This document shows, piece by piece, positions 1 to 8,362 of a DNA stretch of 35,636 bases; within the stretch, counting starts at the first letter, position 1, and each line of letters starts with the position of its first letter. The notes under the pieces are model-generated. The model saw nothing but the letters and a program-made list of their open reading frames with translations. It was not told where the DNA came from and made no database searches. The DNA is taken from the NCBI GenBank assembly GCA_934229535.1, contig CAKQDS010000019.1, forward strand, positions 1 through 35,636, written 5' to 3'. Source of the stretch: an uncultured Anaeroplasmataceae bacterium. Lineage in GTDB: Bacteria > Bacillota_I > Bacilli_A > Acholeplasmatales > Anaeroplasmataceae. The position numbers and the translations under genes are program-made.

Positions 1-58
1 GAAGTTAAGCACTTTCACGCCGATGGTAGTACTATGTGCAAGAGTAGGTAGTTGCCAG
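1..58 (+). rRNA. rrf: 5S ribosomal RNA, 3' portion (5' end lies upstream of window)
   Basis: Conserved 5S blocks gaagttaagc...gccgatggtagt...agagtagg near the window start, followed directly by a tRNA as at the distal end of rrn operons. Confidence 0.7.
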
Positions 59-77
59 ATTTTCTCTTTTAAATAAT

Positions 78-154
78 GCCTACATAGCTCAGTTGGTTAG
101 AGCACTTGACTGTTAATCAAGGTGTCCCAGGTTCGAGTCCTGGTGTGGGCGCCA
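78..154 (+). tRNA. tRNA-Asn (anticodon GUU), CCA encoded
   Basis: Cloverleaf read by hand: acceptor gcctaca/tgtgggc (one G-U pair), D-arm gctc..gagc, anticodon stem cttga/tcaag with loop ctGTTaa, T-arm ccagg-ttcgagt-cctgg, discriminator g plus cca. Confidence 0.88.
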
Positions 155-166
155 TTAAGAAATTAG

Positions 167-196
167 TCGATATCATAAGATATCGATTTTTTTTTA
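167..196 (+). terminator. Rho-independent terminator of the rrn/tRNA transcript
   Basis: Perfect hairpin tcgatatc-ataa-gatatcga followed by a 9-T run. Confidence 0.8.
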
Positions 197-245
197 TTGT
201 AAAATATATTATATTTCTTTTCGTTAAGCAAAATCATATTTTTTC

Positions 246-274
246 TTGTAATATTATTAACGAATAGTATTAAT
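246..274 (+). promoter_or_regulatory. Putative sigma-A promoter (TTGTAA-N16-TATTAA) for the 289..1608 CDS
   Basis: Hexamers read by eye; an SD aggag lies 8 nt before the ATG at 289. Confidence 0.35.
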
Positions 275-288
275 TAGGAGAAAGCATA

Positions 289-1608
289 ATGATTGAATCA
301 AATAAAGTAGAATTTAAGTCAAAATATACTGATCAAATTGTAAAAGAGATTGTTGCATTTATAAATGCCGATGGTGGAATAATTTATATTGGAATTAATG
401 ATGATGGTACTGTATGTGGTGCTCAAAAAATTGATGAGTCTTTAAGAAATATTTCAGATATTATTACAACTCAAATTGAACCCAATGCGATTGATGTTGT
501 AAAAACAGAATTAGATATAATTGATGGTTATCCTGTAATTATAGTAAATATCAAAAAGGGAATTGCACCATTATATTGTATAAAAAAATATGGCTTTTCA
601 TCACTTGGGTGTATGATTAGAATCGGTTCAAGTTGCAGAGAAATGACGGAAACTCAAATTAATGAAAGATATAAATTACGTTTTTTCAATGATGATTTAA
701 TTGTGTCGTCTCCAACTAATTTGAAATTGTTGTCTTTTTTTACATTGAAAAATTCTTATTTGGAAATGGGATATAAACTTAATATTGATACATTTGAGAC
801 AAATTTAAAACTTGTTAATAATAATGGCGAATATAATATTATGGCTGAGTTATTATCAGACAATAATAGATATTCACTTATCTTTGTAAAATTTAATGGT
901 TATAATAAAGCTTCTATTTCTCAAAGAAGTGATTATGGTAATAAATCAATTATTTTTGGATATAGACAATTAATGAATAGAATTTCATCCGAAAATATAT
1001 GTATTTCAAATACTACAATAAGGCCAAGAATTGATACGTATTTATTTGATTATGATAGTGTAAATGAAGCAATAGTTAATGCAGTTGTTCATAATGACTG
1101 GAGCATTTCTGAACCTCAAGTTTCCTACTTCAAAGATAGAATTGAAATATTATCACATGGAGGATTACCTCATACACTATCATTAAATGAGTTTTATTTG
1201 GGAATTAGTAAACCAAGAAATATTAGATTAATGAAAATTTTTTCAGATTTGGATATTGTTGACCATACAGGTCATGGTGTTCCTATTATTATTGAAAAAT
1301 ATGGACGTAATGCTTTTGAAATAAGTGATAACCATATTATTGTAACTATTCCTTTTAACTCGGAAGTGATGAAATCAATGAATGTCGGTGTAAATGTCGG
1401 TGTAAATGTCGGTGTAAATCTTAACGTAATGGAAGTGAAAATAAGAAATTTAATATTAAATGATCCAACTTTAACAGCTGAAAAAATTTCAGTTGAAATT
1501 AATAAAAACAAAAGAACAATTGAAAGATATCTAAAATCATTGCAAGATAAAGGATATATTGAAAGATGTGGAACAGATAAAAAAGGCTATTGGAAAGTAA
1601 TTAAATAA
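289..1608 (+). CDS. AlbA_2/Schlafen-like (divergent AAA) domain protein with HATPase_c_4-like region and C-terminal winged-HTH; putative transcriptional regulator (the 'RecG-like ATP-binding protein' annotation family)
   Basis: N-terminal motif FINADGGIIYIGINDDGTVCG is typical of the AlbA_2 DNA-binding domain. The mid region VHNDWS...EILSHGGLP matches HATPase_c_4. The C-terminal KRTIERYLKSLQDKGYIERCG looks like a winged helix. SD aggag precedes the start. Confidence 0.7.
   Translation: MIESNKVEFKSKYTDQIVKEIVAFINADGGIIYIGINDDGTVCGAQKIDESLRNISDIITTQIEPNAIDVVKTELDIIDGYPVIIVNIKKGIAPLYCIKKYGFSSLGCMIRIGSSCREMTETQINERYKLRFFNDDLIVSSPTNLKLLSFFTLKNSYLEMGYKLNIDTFETNLKLVNNNGEYNIMAELLSDNNRYSLIFVKFNGYNKASISQRSDYGNKSIIFGYRQLMNRISSENICISNTTIRPRIDTYLFDYDSVNEAIVNAVVHNDWSISEPQVSYFKDRIEILSHGGLPHTLSLNEFYLGISKPRNIRLMKIFSDLDIVDHTGHGVPIIIEKYGRNAFEISDNHIIVTIPFNSEVMKSMNVGVNVGVNVGVNLNVMEVKIRNLILNDPTLTAEKISVEINKNKRTIERYLKSLQDKGYIERCGTDKKGYWKVIK
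1381..1428 (+). repeat. In-frame tandem repeat, unit aatgtcggtgta x3 perfect plus a degenerate 4th copy; encodes NVGV-NVGV-NVGV-NLNV
   Basis: Read directly from the sequence; codon-aligned with the 289 frame ((1381-289) is divisible by 3). Confidence 0.95.
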
Positions 1609-1676
1609 ATTTAAATTGATTTTAGTAAATATTAATTATTTCTCGTATTATTATAAGTGAATGTGAGGAATATTAT

Positions 1677-4016
1677 ATGAAAAAGAAGATTATTTTTTTA
1701 TTGTTTTGCATTGGGGTATTTATAAACCTCAAATGTTTTGCTTATTATGAACCAGAAGTTGATAAATATGCATATGAAGATGAAATATCAAATGAATGCT
1801 TTAATGAGCTTCAAAAGGAATTTATTACTTTATTTCAAAGAAAAAATATTGGAGGAATTATTATTCCTACTAAAGCAATTAAATTTAATTATCCTAGTGA
1901 AGTAGAAGGTGTATTTGATATTTATTTTGATTTAGTAAACGGCGATAGATTTTTACTTTATGGTAATGAAAGCATTAAAGGTAATTTATCCTATATGATG
2001 GCTTTTAACAATATTTTTGGAAGTGGTTATTCAATACTATATTATAATTTAACCAATTTGAAAATAATTGATTCAGCTGATTTTTGTTTTCCCAATGTTG
2101 ATTTAAGAACAATGACACTTGGAATTCCTTTTAGACCAGAGTTAAATAAAAATCCTGATTTTGATTTAGAATATCCTTATACAAACATATCCTTTAATAT
2201 GAATCTATATGCTGACAATATTAAAAATTCTAGTAATATTAGTATTTCTAATCGTTTTGGAAATGTAGTTTCTAATGAAGAATTATTAATAAGTGCTAAT
2301 GCTGGTAAAATTGTTAATTTTGAATTTGAATGGTTTAATGGTACTAATATTAATACTGATTACAATCCGATGATTAGTGGTATTCTTTTAGATGCTAAAG
2401 ACTTCATCGAAAAATATAATCTTAATCCTCTAGACACAACACCACCAACATTTACAAGTAATGATAATTATATTTCTAATGTATCAAGTCCTTTAAGTAG
2501 GGAATATATTTTATCAACAATTAAAGCTAGTGATGAAACTGATGGTGTATGTAGTCCATACATCAAGGAAACAAATTATGTTCCTAATGTTTTAGGTAAA
2601 TATTATATGATTATTGGAGCTAAGGATAAATCAGGTAATGAAGGTACTAAAAATATTTGGATTAATGTTGTAGATATTGATGCTCCAACAGCTAGTGTTA
2701 AGGTATTTAATGCGGTTAATACAACTAAGAGTAGTGTTGATGATATTATCGCTAAATCAATAACAGCTTCTGATAATTATTTTACTAGCTTTAAATACAG
2801 TGTGTTAAGTGATAATTATTCAGCTAATTATAAGGTTGCTGGTAATTATGAAATAAAGGTAAGAATAACTGAGAATAGAGATAATGGTTTATATGTGGAT
2901 AAAACAATTAGAGTTGAAAATGCTGATAAATTAGCACCAACCTTTGTAACTAAGCCTGAGGTTATTAATGCCATTAATAATAAGCTATTAACTACTAATG
3001 AGATTATAGCTAAATTTAAAGCTACTGATGAATCAAGTAATGTAGCTTATTCTTTAGTAGGATATGAAAATTATAAGAATAATTATGGTAAGGCGGGAAC
3101 TTATAATTTAGGAATTAAGGCTACTGATACATCTGGTAATAGTACAGAGTTTAATTTTAACATTATTAATGCTGATGGTATCGCCCCAACTATTACAGGT
3201 GATGGTAGAATGGAGGTATCATATACTAAGAAATTAAGTATAGATGATATTATTAAAACCTTAAAGGCAAGTGATGAAAGTGCAACAAATCTAGTAATAA
3301 AGGTAGTAGCTGATAATTATAGTAGTGTTTATGATACCTTAGGAGAACATCAAATAACCTTTAAAACAAATGATGGAGTAAATGATTCACCAATCTTTAC
3401 TAAAACAATAGTAGTAATAGATGATGTAAACCCAGTACTTGTAGGACCTGAAAAAATAGAAATTAGTAATAAGGAAATAGATCAATTAACTGAAGATGAA
3501 ATAAAGCAAAAATTTAGTGCAACTGATAAATCAAATGTAGCATTATCATTAATTGATACAAATAATTATTTAACTAATAAAGGTAAGGTAGGAGAATATA
3601 ATTTTACTATTACAGCAACTGATTCAAGTAATAATAAATCAAGTATAAGCTTTCAAATTAAGGTAAGCGATGAAATAGCACCAGTATTGTCTATTAATGA
3701 TTCATCCTATGTAATTGTATTACAAGAAGGTGAAAGCCTAACTATAGAGCAAATAAAGAATATTTTAGGACAAATTGGAGCAATAGAAAATGTTGAAGAA
3801 ATAGAAAATATTGAATCAGCATATTTTGAAACATATAGTGCTGGGGAATATGAATGTAAGATTCAAATGAAGAGTGGTGAAGTGTATAATATAAAAATCA
3901 AGGCTAACAAGAATCAAAAGAAGAACAAAGCTAGCTTTATTGACAAAATATTAGCATTTTTAATCTCAATTTGGATTAAGTTATTAGAATGGTTATTTAA
4001 ATTAATAAGAAAATAG
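1677..4016 (+). CDS. Secreted, C-terminally membrane-anchored surface protein with about six tandem Ig-like (DUF5011/HYR-like) repeats
   Basis: N-terminal signal peptide KKKIIFLLFCIGVFINLKCFA. About six ~90-aa repeats each start D-x-(A/P)P-T/V and carry a (K/T)A(S/T)D-E/K-S motif (aa ~255-690). C-terminal hydrophobic helix FIDKILAFLISIWIKLLEWLF followed by KLIRK. No LPXTG. SD gtgagga precedes the start. Confidence 0.7.
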   Translation: MKKKIIFLLFCIGVFINLKCFAYYEPEVDKYAYEDEISNECFNELQKEFITLFQRKNIGGIIIPTKAIKFNYPSEVEGVFDIYFDLVNGDRFLLYGNESIKGNLSYMMAFNNIFGSGYSILYYNLTNLKIIDSADFCFPNVDLRTMTLGIPFRPELNKNPDFDLEYPYTNISFNMNLYADNIKNSSNISISNRFGNVVSNEELLISANAGKIVNFEFEWFNGTNINTDYNPMISGILLDAKDFIEKYNLNPLDTTPPTFTSNDNYISNVSSPLSREYILSTIKASDETDGVCSPYIKETNYVPNVLGKYYMIIGAKDKSGNEGTKNIWINVVDIDAPTASVKVFNAVNTTKSSVDDIIAKSITASDNYFTSFKYSVLSDNYSANYKVAGNYEIKVRITENRDNGLYVDKTIRVENADKLAPTFVTKPEVINAINNKLLTTNEIIAKFKATDESSNVAYSLVGYENYKNNYGKAGTYNLGIKATDTSGNSTEFNFNIINADGIAPTITGDGRMEVSYTKKLSIDDIIKTLKASDESATNLVIKVVADNYSSVYDTLGEHQITFKTNDGVNDSPIFTKTIVVIDDVNPVLVGPEKIEISNKEIDQLTEDEIKQKFSATDKSNVALSLIDTNNYLTNKGKVGEYNFTITATDSSNNKSSISFQIKVSDEIAPVLSINDSSYVIVLQEGESLTIEQIKNILGQIGAIENVEEIENIESAYFETYSAGEYECKIQMKSGEVYNIKIKANKNQKKNKASFIDKILAFLISIWIKLLEWLFKLIRK

Positions 4017-4050
4017 TCTAGCTAAAAAACTAGACTTTAGTATTTTTTAT
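4015..4050. terminator. Bidirectional terminator between convergent genes
   Basis: Hairpin agtctag-ctaaaaaa-ctagact with an A-run on the 5' side and a T-run (ttagtatttttt) on the 3' side. Confidence 0.65.
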
Positions 4051-5170
4051 TCTTATGTGATCTTGTGCTTACAAAAACATTTCTAGGATTATATATTAAT
4101 TCTCTTACATTAAAATTACATTTAAGAACGCATTGTCCACAGCCTATGCATTCCTTTTCATTAAAAATAAGCTTTTTTTGTTCCTTGTCATAATAGGTGG
4201 CGTTTACAGGACAATATTTTTGACATAAATTACAGCCGACACATTTATCTTGATTGATTATTTTAGGTTCGTAGTAGGCTTTGACGAAAATTGAAGAGAT
4301 ACTTCCTTTATTAAATAAGCCGTAAAGAGTACAACAATCACTACAGCAATTACAAATAACAATTTCATCATTGTTAACATTGTTATTATAATGAAATACA
4401 GTGTGGATAGCTCCTTTTTTACTAGAGTCGTCGATAATTGTTATTGCCTCATCATAGGTTATTTTTTCACTTATTCCATATTTTACCATTGCATCAGCAA
4501 AGCCACCAACATTGATACAGGTTCTTTTATCCATATTAAAACGACAAGGATCTTTTTTTAAATCAGCCATTATTCTACAAAAGCAATTCATTACGGCAAG
4601 GTGCTCCTTATTTCTCTTTAATATGCTTGTAACCTCACCCTTAGAGATTATTTCATTTTGAGCCTCTAGCGGAATATTTAGGTTAATTATTTTTTGATTA
4701 TTTATTGCTGTAGACATATGAGCTGGTGAGTCTTGTAGCTTCATTAAAGCGTTATGATTCATTAATGCTCTTACGGGGCCAATGTTTACATTTTTTAAGA
4801 ATTCATCAAATTTAGCAAATTCATTCATTACCTCTAATCTTAAATCATCAAGAGGTGCAGAAAGAAATACCTCTATCCAACCTGGAAATATAGGCGCTAG
4901 CTCATAATATTCATTATATTGTAGCTTTTTAAACCAAATTCCGCCCTTGTTTAAAAGTGAAGAAAATAGCTTTTCATCAATAAAACTAAGCTCATTTTTT
5001 TGATAACGATAATTAGTCTTTAGCTTAAGCATAGTATCTATTTCTAAGTCTGTAAATGTTAGTTTAAAGCATTTTATTATTGAAGGTACTAAAGGAACCT
5101 TTATAGTTGATTGCATATTCATATTTTTAGCTAATTTAATAATTTTTATGTTTGCCATATTTTTCTCCAA
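4037..5170 (-). CDS. Cys-rich iron-sulfur protein of unknown function (C-terminal 2x[4Fe-4S] ferredoxin-type domain)
   Basis: Two canonical CxxCxxCxxxCP-type motifs (CVGCNLCQKYCP and CIGCGQCVLKC), plus an unusual CNCCSDCC cluster and CFCR..CRF..C. The ~270-aa N-terminal domain has no motif I recognise. Confidence 0.5.
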   Translation of the reverse strand: MEKNMANIKIIKLAKNMNMQSTIKVPLVPSIIKCFKLTFTDLEIDTMLKLKTNYRYQKNELSFIDEKLFSSLLNKGGIWFKKLQYNEYYELAPIFPGWIEVFLSAPLDDLRLEVMNEFAKFDEFLKNVNIGPVRALMNHNALMKLQDSPAHMSTAINNQKIINLNIPLEAQNEIISKGEVTSILKRNKEHLAVMNCFCRIMADLKKDPCRFNMDKRTCINVGGFADAMVKYGISEKITYDEAITIIDDSSKKGAIHTVFHYNNNVNNDEIVICNCCSDCCTLYGLFNKGSISSIFVKAYYEPKIINQDKCVGCNLCQKYCPVNATYYDKEQKKLIFNEKECIGCGQCVLKCNFNVRELIYNPRNVFVSTRSHKNKKY

Positions 5171-5238
5171 GCGAATTAATAAATATATTTTACTTCATTT
5201 TGGTCGAGTTTTCAACTTTTATTTATGTCGTATGCGAC

Positions 5239-5268
5239 TTGACAAAAAGTATATTACTATAGTAAAAT
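5239..5268 (+). promoter_or_regulatory. Putative promoter TTGACA-N18-TAAAAT for the ABC operon
   Basis: Perfect -35 hexamer; alternatively -10 TATAGT with a short spacer. Confidence 0.4.
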
Positions 5269-5281
5269 TGAAGGAGGTGAA

Positions 5282-5302
5282 ATGGAGAAAAAAGTATGTT
5301 AA
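5282..5302 (+). other. 6-codon upstream ORF (MEKKVC*) with strong SD, overlapping the start of the ABC ATPase
   Basis: AAGGAGGTGA lies 4 nt before ATG 5282. Its stop TAA (5300-5302) overlaps ATG 5296 of the downstream CDS, which has no SD of its own. Confidence 0.4.
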
Positions 5303-6012
5303 AAATTAAAAATTTAATTAAATCTTATGATGGCAAAACTAATGCCGTTAATAACGTGTCATTTGAAATTAATTCTGGAGAAATTTTTGGCTTTATTGGC
5401 CATAATGGTGCTGGAAAAACAACAACAATTAAATGTGTTGTAGGCTTATTACCATTTGAAAAGGGAGAAATTGAAATAAATGGGATAAGTGTTAAAAAGA
5501 ATCCTCTTGAGGCTAAATGTCAAATGGTATATATACCAGACAATCCAGATCTATATGATTCATTAACAGGAATTCAATTTTTAAATTTTATTTGCGATAT
5601 ATATGCAATTGCTAAAGATGTACGTAATGAAGAAATTAAGAAATATGCTGATATGTTTGAAATAACTAAGAATTTAGGAGATGCAATATCAAGCTATTCT
5701 CATGGTATGAAGCAAAAGCTTGCCTTAATTTCAGCGTTTATTCGTCATCCTAAACTATTAATTTTAGATGAGCCATTTGTAGGCTTAGATCCTAAGGCAA
5801 TGCACTTAGTTAAGGAATTGATGAAGGAAATGTGTAAGGAGGGTAATTCTGTATTCTTTTCAACTCACGTTTTAGATGTGGCTGAAAAGCTATGTGATAG
5901 AATTGCCATTATTTCTCATGGTGAATTAAAGGCCTATGGAACAATGGAAGAGGTAAAGGGTGAAGAGAGCCTTGAAGAGGTATTCTTAGAGCTTGAGGAT
6001 CGTGGTGAATAG
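5296..6012 (+). CDS. ABC transporter ATP-binding protein
   Basis: Walker A GHNGAGKTT, ABC signature SHGMKQKLAL, Walker B LLILDEP, H-loop STH. Confidence 0.92.
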   Translation: MLKIKNLIKSYDGKTNAVNNVSFEINSGEIFGFIGHNGAGKTTTIKCVVGLLPFEKGEIEINGISVKKNPLEAKCQMVYIPDNPDLYDSLTGIQFLNFICDIYAIAKDVRNEEIKKYADMFEITKNLGDAISSYSHGMKQKLALISAFIRHPKLLILDEPFVGLDPKAMHLVKELMKEMCKEGNSVFFSTHVLDVAEKLCDRIAIISHGELKAYGTMEEVKGEESLEEVFLELEDRGE

Positions 6013-6014
6013 CA

Positions 6015-7643
6015 GTGAGTCAATTAACTACTTTATTAAAAAATAATATAAGAACCTCATTTAATTTAAATACTTATTCAAAAAATTCTAAAAAAAGAAA
6101 TAGTAAGAAAAAATCATCCCTTTCTGGACCAATATTCTTGGGAATTTTAATGCTATTATTAGCATTCATTTATTCATATTCAATAGGTGCCGCTTCTAAG
6201 CTTACTGAATATAAATATACAGCAATTTATTTTGGCACAGGGATAGGTGCTGTATTCGCATTATTAATGACAATAACTAAAGCCTATACCTGTTTATTTA
6301 AAGCAAAGGATTTTGATTTACTTGTAAGTATGCCAATTCCTACTAAAACTATTTTATTGTCAAAGCTTTTATGCTTATCAATTTTTAGCTATGCAAGCTT
6401 TGCTGTATTTTTTGTTCCAGCAGTAATAGTTTGGAATATATTATACGGCTTTAATGCTTTAATTTGTCTTTATGGCTTAATTATGCTTATATTTACACCT
6501 ATGGCAATCATTACAGTTTGTAGTATCTTGTCATATCTTGTTAATAGGGCTTTAGCTAAGTTTAAATATCAACAAGCAGTTAAGAGCGTATTTTCAATTA
6601 TTTTCTTTGTTATCTATATTGCTGCAGTATTTGGCTTATCATTTATATCAGGCTCATCAACTGGTGATGCTGAAAATGATACTGAAGCAGCAATTGCCTT
6701 ATGTAAGAATCTTTCAAATGTTTTTTCTAAGGTTTTCTATCCGACTAATTTTTATCTTGATGCCGTAAATAATAAGCCTTTATTTTTCATTATATTTTTA
6801 GTTGCTTCAATTGCTATTTTTGCATTATTTGTATGGTATGTTGGTAAACATTTTGTGAGTGCAAATTTAGCTTCTAAACAAAACTATACTAACAAAAATT
6901 ATAAATATGTTGAACAAAAAATGAATTCCCCTTTTAAGGCTTTAGTAAAAAAAGAGCTTAAAACCTTATTTTCATCATTAACATATCTTATAAATTCAAT
7001 TGTTGGCCCTTTAATGTCAGTCATTATTATTGTTATTTTGAGCACTACATTTAAAAATATAAATGATCCTGATCTAGCTAGCTTTAATAATCTGTTACCT
7101 ATAATTTTAGTGTTAACATCATGTTATTCATTAGGACTTGTTCCTTCAACAGCTTGTTCAATTAATTTTGAAGGAAAAAGACTTTGGATTTTAAAATCAG
7201 CTCCAATCAAAACAGAGGATATTCTCAAAGCAAAGCTTATGACATTTATGATTATTACTATACCATTTATTATTATTAATGGGGTTGTTATGAATGTCTT
7301 CATTAAGATGAACGTTATTATAAGAATTTTAGTATTTGTTATTCCTTTTGTTCTTACAATGTTTTATGGTCTTGAAGGCTTATTAGTAAATACTAAAAGC
7401 TATCGTTTAAATTGGAACACCGAAGCTGAAGCAATAAAACAAGGAACAAATACATTATGGTCATTATTAGTATCACTAATATTAACAACAATTCTTTTAA
7501 TTCCAACTATAATTTTAGCAATGTTCTTTGGTAGTGTAATTGGTTTATTGTTCTTAGTTGTTGTTTCATCTGCTATTACAATTGTCTTTTATATTATTAC
7601 GATGCGTAATGGTAAGGCGTTATTTGATAAGATTCCAGCCTAA
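6015..7643 (+). CDS. ABC exporter permease (putative ABC-exporter family, ~10-12 TM helices)
   Basis: Starts 2 nt after the ATPase stop. A long polytopic hydrophobic protein with a basic N-terminal tail. The family assignment is tentative. Confidence 0.6.
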   Translation: MSQLTTLLKNNIRTSFNLNTYSKNSKKRNSKKKSSLSGPIFLGILMLLLAFIYSYSIGAASKLTEYKYTAIYFGTGIGAVFALLMTITKAYTCLFKAKDFDLLVSMPIPTKTILLSKLLCLSIFSYASFAVFFVPAVIVWNILYGFNALICLYGLIMLIFTPMAIITVCSILSYLVNRALAKFKYQQAVKSVFSIIFFVIYIAAVFGLSFISGSSTGDAENDTEAAIALCKNLSNVFSKVFYPTNFYLDAVNNKPLFFIIFLVASIAIFALFVWYVGKHFVSANLASKQNYTNKNYKYVEQKMNSPFKALVKKELKTLFSSLTYLINSIVGPLMSVIIIVILSTTFKNINDPDLASFNNLLPIILVLTSCYSLGLVPSTACSINFEGKRLWILKSAPIKTEDILKAKLMTFMIITIPFIIINGVVMNVFIKMNVIIRILVFVIPFVLTMFYGLEGLLVNTKSYRLNWNTEAEAIKQGTNTLWSLLVSLILTTILLIPTIILAMFFGSVIGLLFLVVVSSAITIVFYIITMRNGKALFDKIPA

Positions 7644-7652
7644 TAATTTAAA

Positions 7653-7679
7653 AAGCGAGCCTTTTGGTTCGTTTTTTTT
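7653..7679 (+). terminator. Terminator of the ABC operon
   Basis: Hairpin agcgagcc-tttt-ggttcgtt (with G-U pairs) followed by an 8-T run. Confidence 0.6.
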
Positions 7680-7682
7680 GCA

Positions 7683-7714
7683 AAAAAAAGCTTCTTAATA
7701 TTTAACTAAGAAGC
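7683..7714 (-). terminator. Terminator of the CYTH gene (minus strand)
   Basis: Hairpin gcttctta-atatttaac-taagaagc, preceded on the + strand by an 8-A run (a U-run on the minus-strand transcript). Confidence 0.6.
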
Positions 7715-7720
7715 AATAAA

Positions 7721-8263
7721 TTATTTTCTATTTGTATAAGCTCTTTTACTTTTACGAATTGATTCTTTAAAAGGTACATTATATTCTTCAAGGAAGGAAT
7801 TGAAATCAATTTTTCCTTGTTCAACATAATCAACCTCGTATTCTATTTCATAGTCGATATGTCCATAATATTCAGATCTATCGAAGAAGATGGTTCCATT
7901 TTTATATGGAGTACTTACACGATATGTTGTAAGCTCAGCAATTTTATGTACAAATTTAGGAAATCCTATCATTGATGCATCAAAACCATTTTGTAGCATT
8001 TCCAATGCTTGATCCTTTGTTAAGATAATGTGAGTTTCATCAGCACCAACCTCAGCATGAGATTTTAGGGTTAGCTTAAATTTATCACCCTTTTGACGAA
8101 TTCTTAAAACACTTTTGTTTTTGATGACATCTTCATTATCAGTGTCAAAATAATAATTTGTTTGGGGAAATACGTTATTAGCTAAATCAAAGGCATCAAG
8201 TAGCTCTTCATATTTTTCTTTAGTTATAAACGTTTTAAATTCAATTTCTTTGTTTGTTGTCAT
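7721..8263 (-). CDS. CYTH-domain protein (triphosphate tunnel metalloenzyme family, YjbK-like)
   Basis: MTTNKEIEFK...VLRIRQKGDKFKLTLK resembles CYTH/YjbK. The ORF-track start at 8290 is a GTG extension; ATG 8263 is preceded by agaggtg at a 6-nt spacing. Confidence 0.65.
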   Translation of the reverse strand: MTTNKEIEFKTFITKEKYEELLDAFDLANNVFPQTNYYFDTDNEDVIKNKSVLRIRQKGDKFKLTLKSHAEVGADETHIILTKDQALEMLQNGFDASMIGFPKFVHKIAELTTYRVSTPYKNGTIFFDRSEYYGHIDYEIEYEVDYVEQGKIDFNSFLEEYNVPFKESIRKSKRAYTNRK

Positions 8264-8362
8264 TTTTACACCTCTTGCTAAAAATAGCACAATAATATTA
8301 TGATATAAATGTGGAAAAAAATCAAGCCTTTTGTTATAATTGTAGGGAAGGAAGTGATTATT

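Noticed and set aside
1272-1511. 79-aa minus-strand ORF containing TPTFTPTFTPTF
   Set aside because: It is the antisense reading of the 12-bp tandem repeat inside the 289..1608 CDS and an artefact of the repeat.
8309-8362. ORF-track ATG start for nadK at 8309
   Set aside because: The ATG lies inside the TGtTATAAT promoter and has no SD. The in-frame TTG at 8363 has a well-spaced GGAAGGAAG and gives a typical NadK length.
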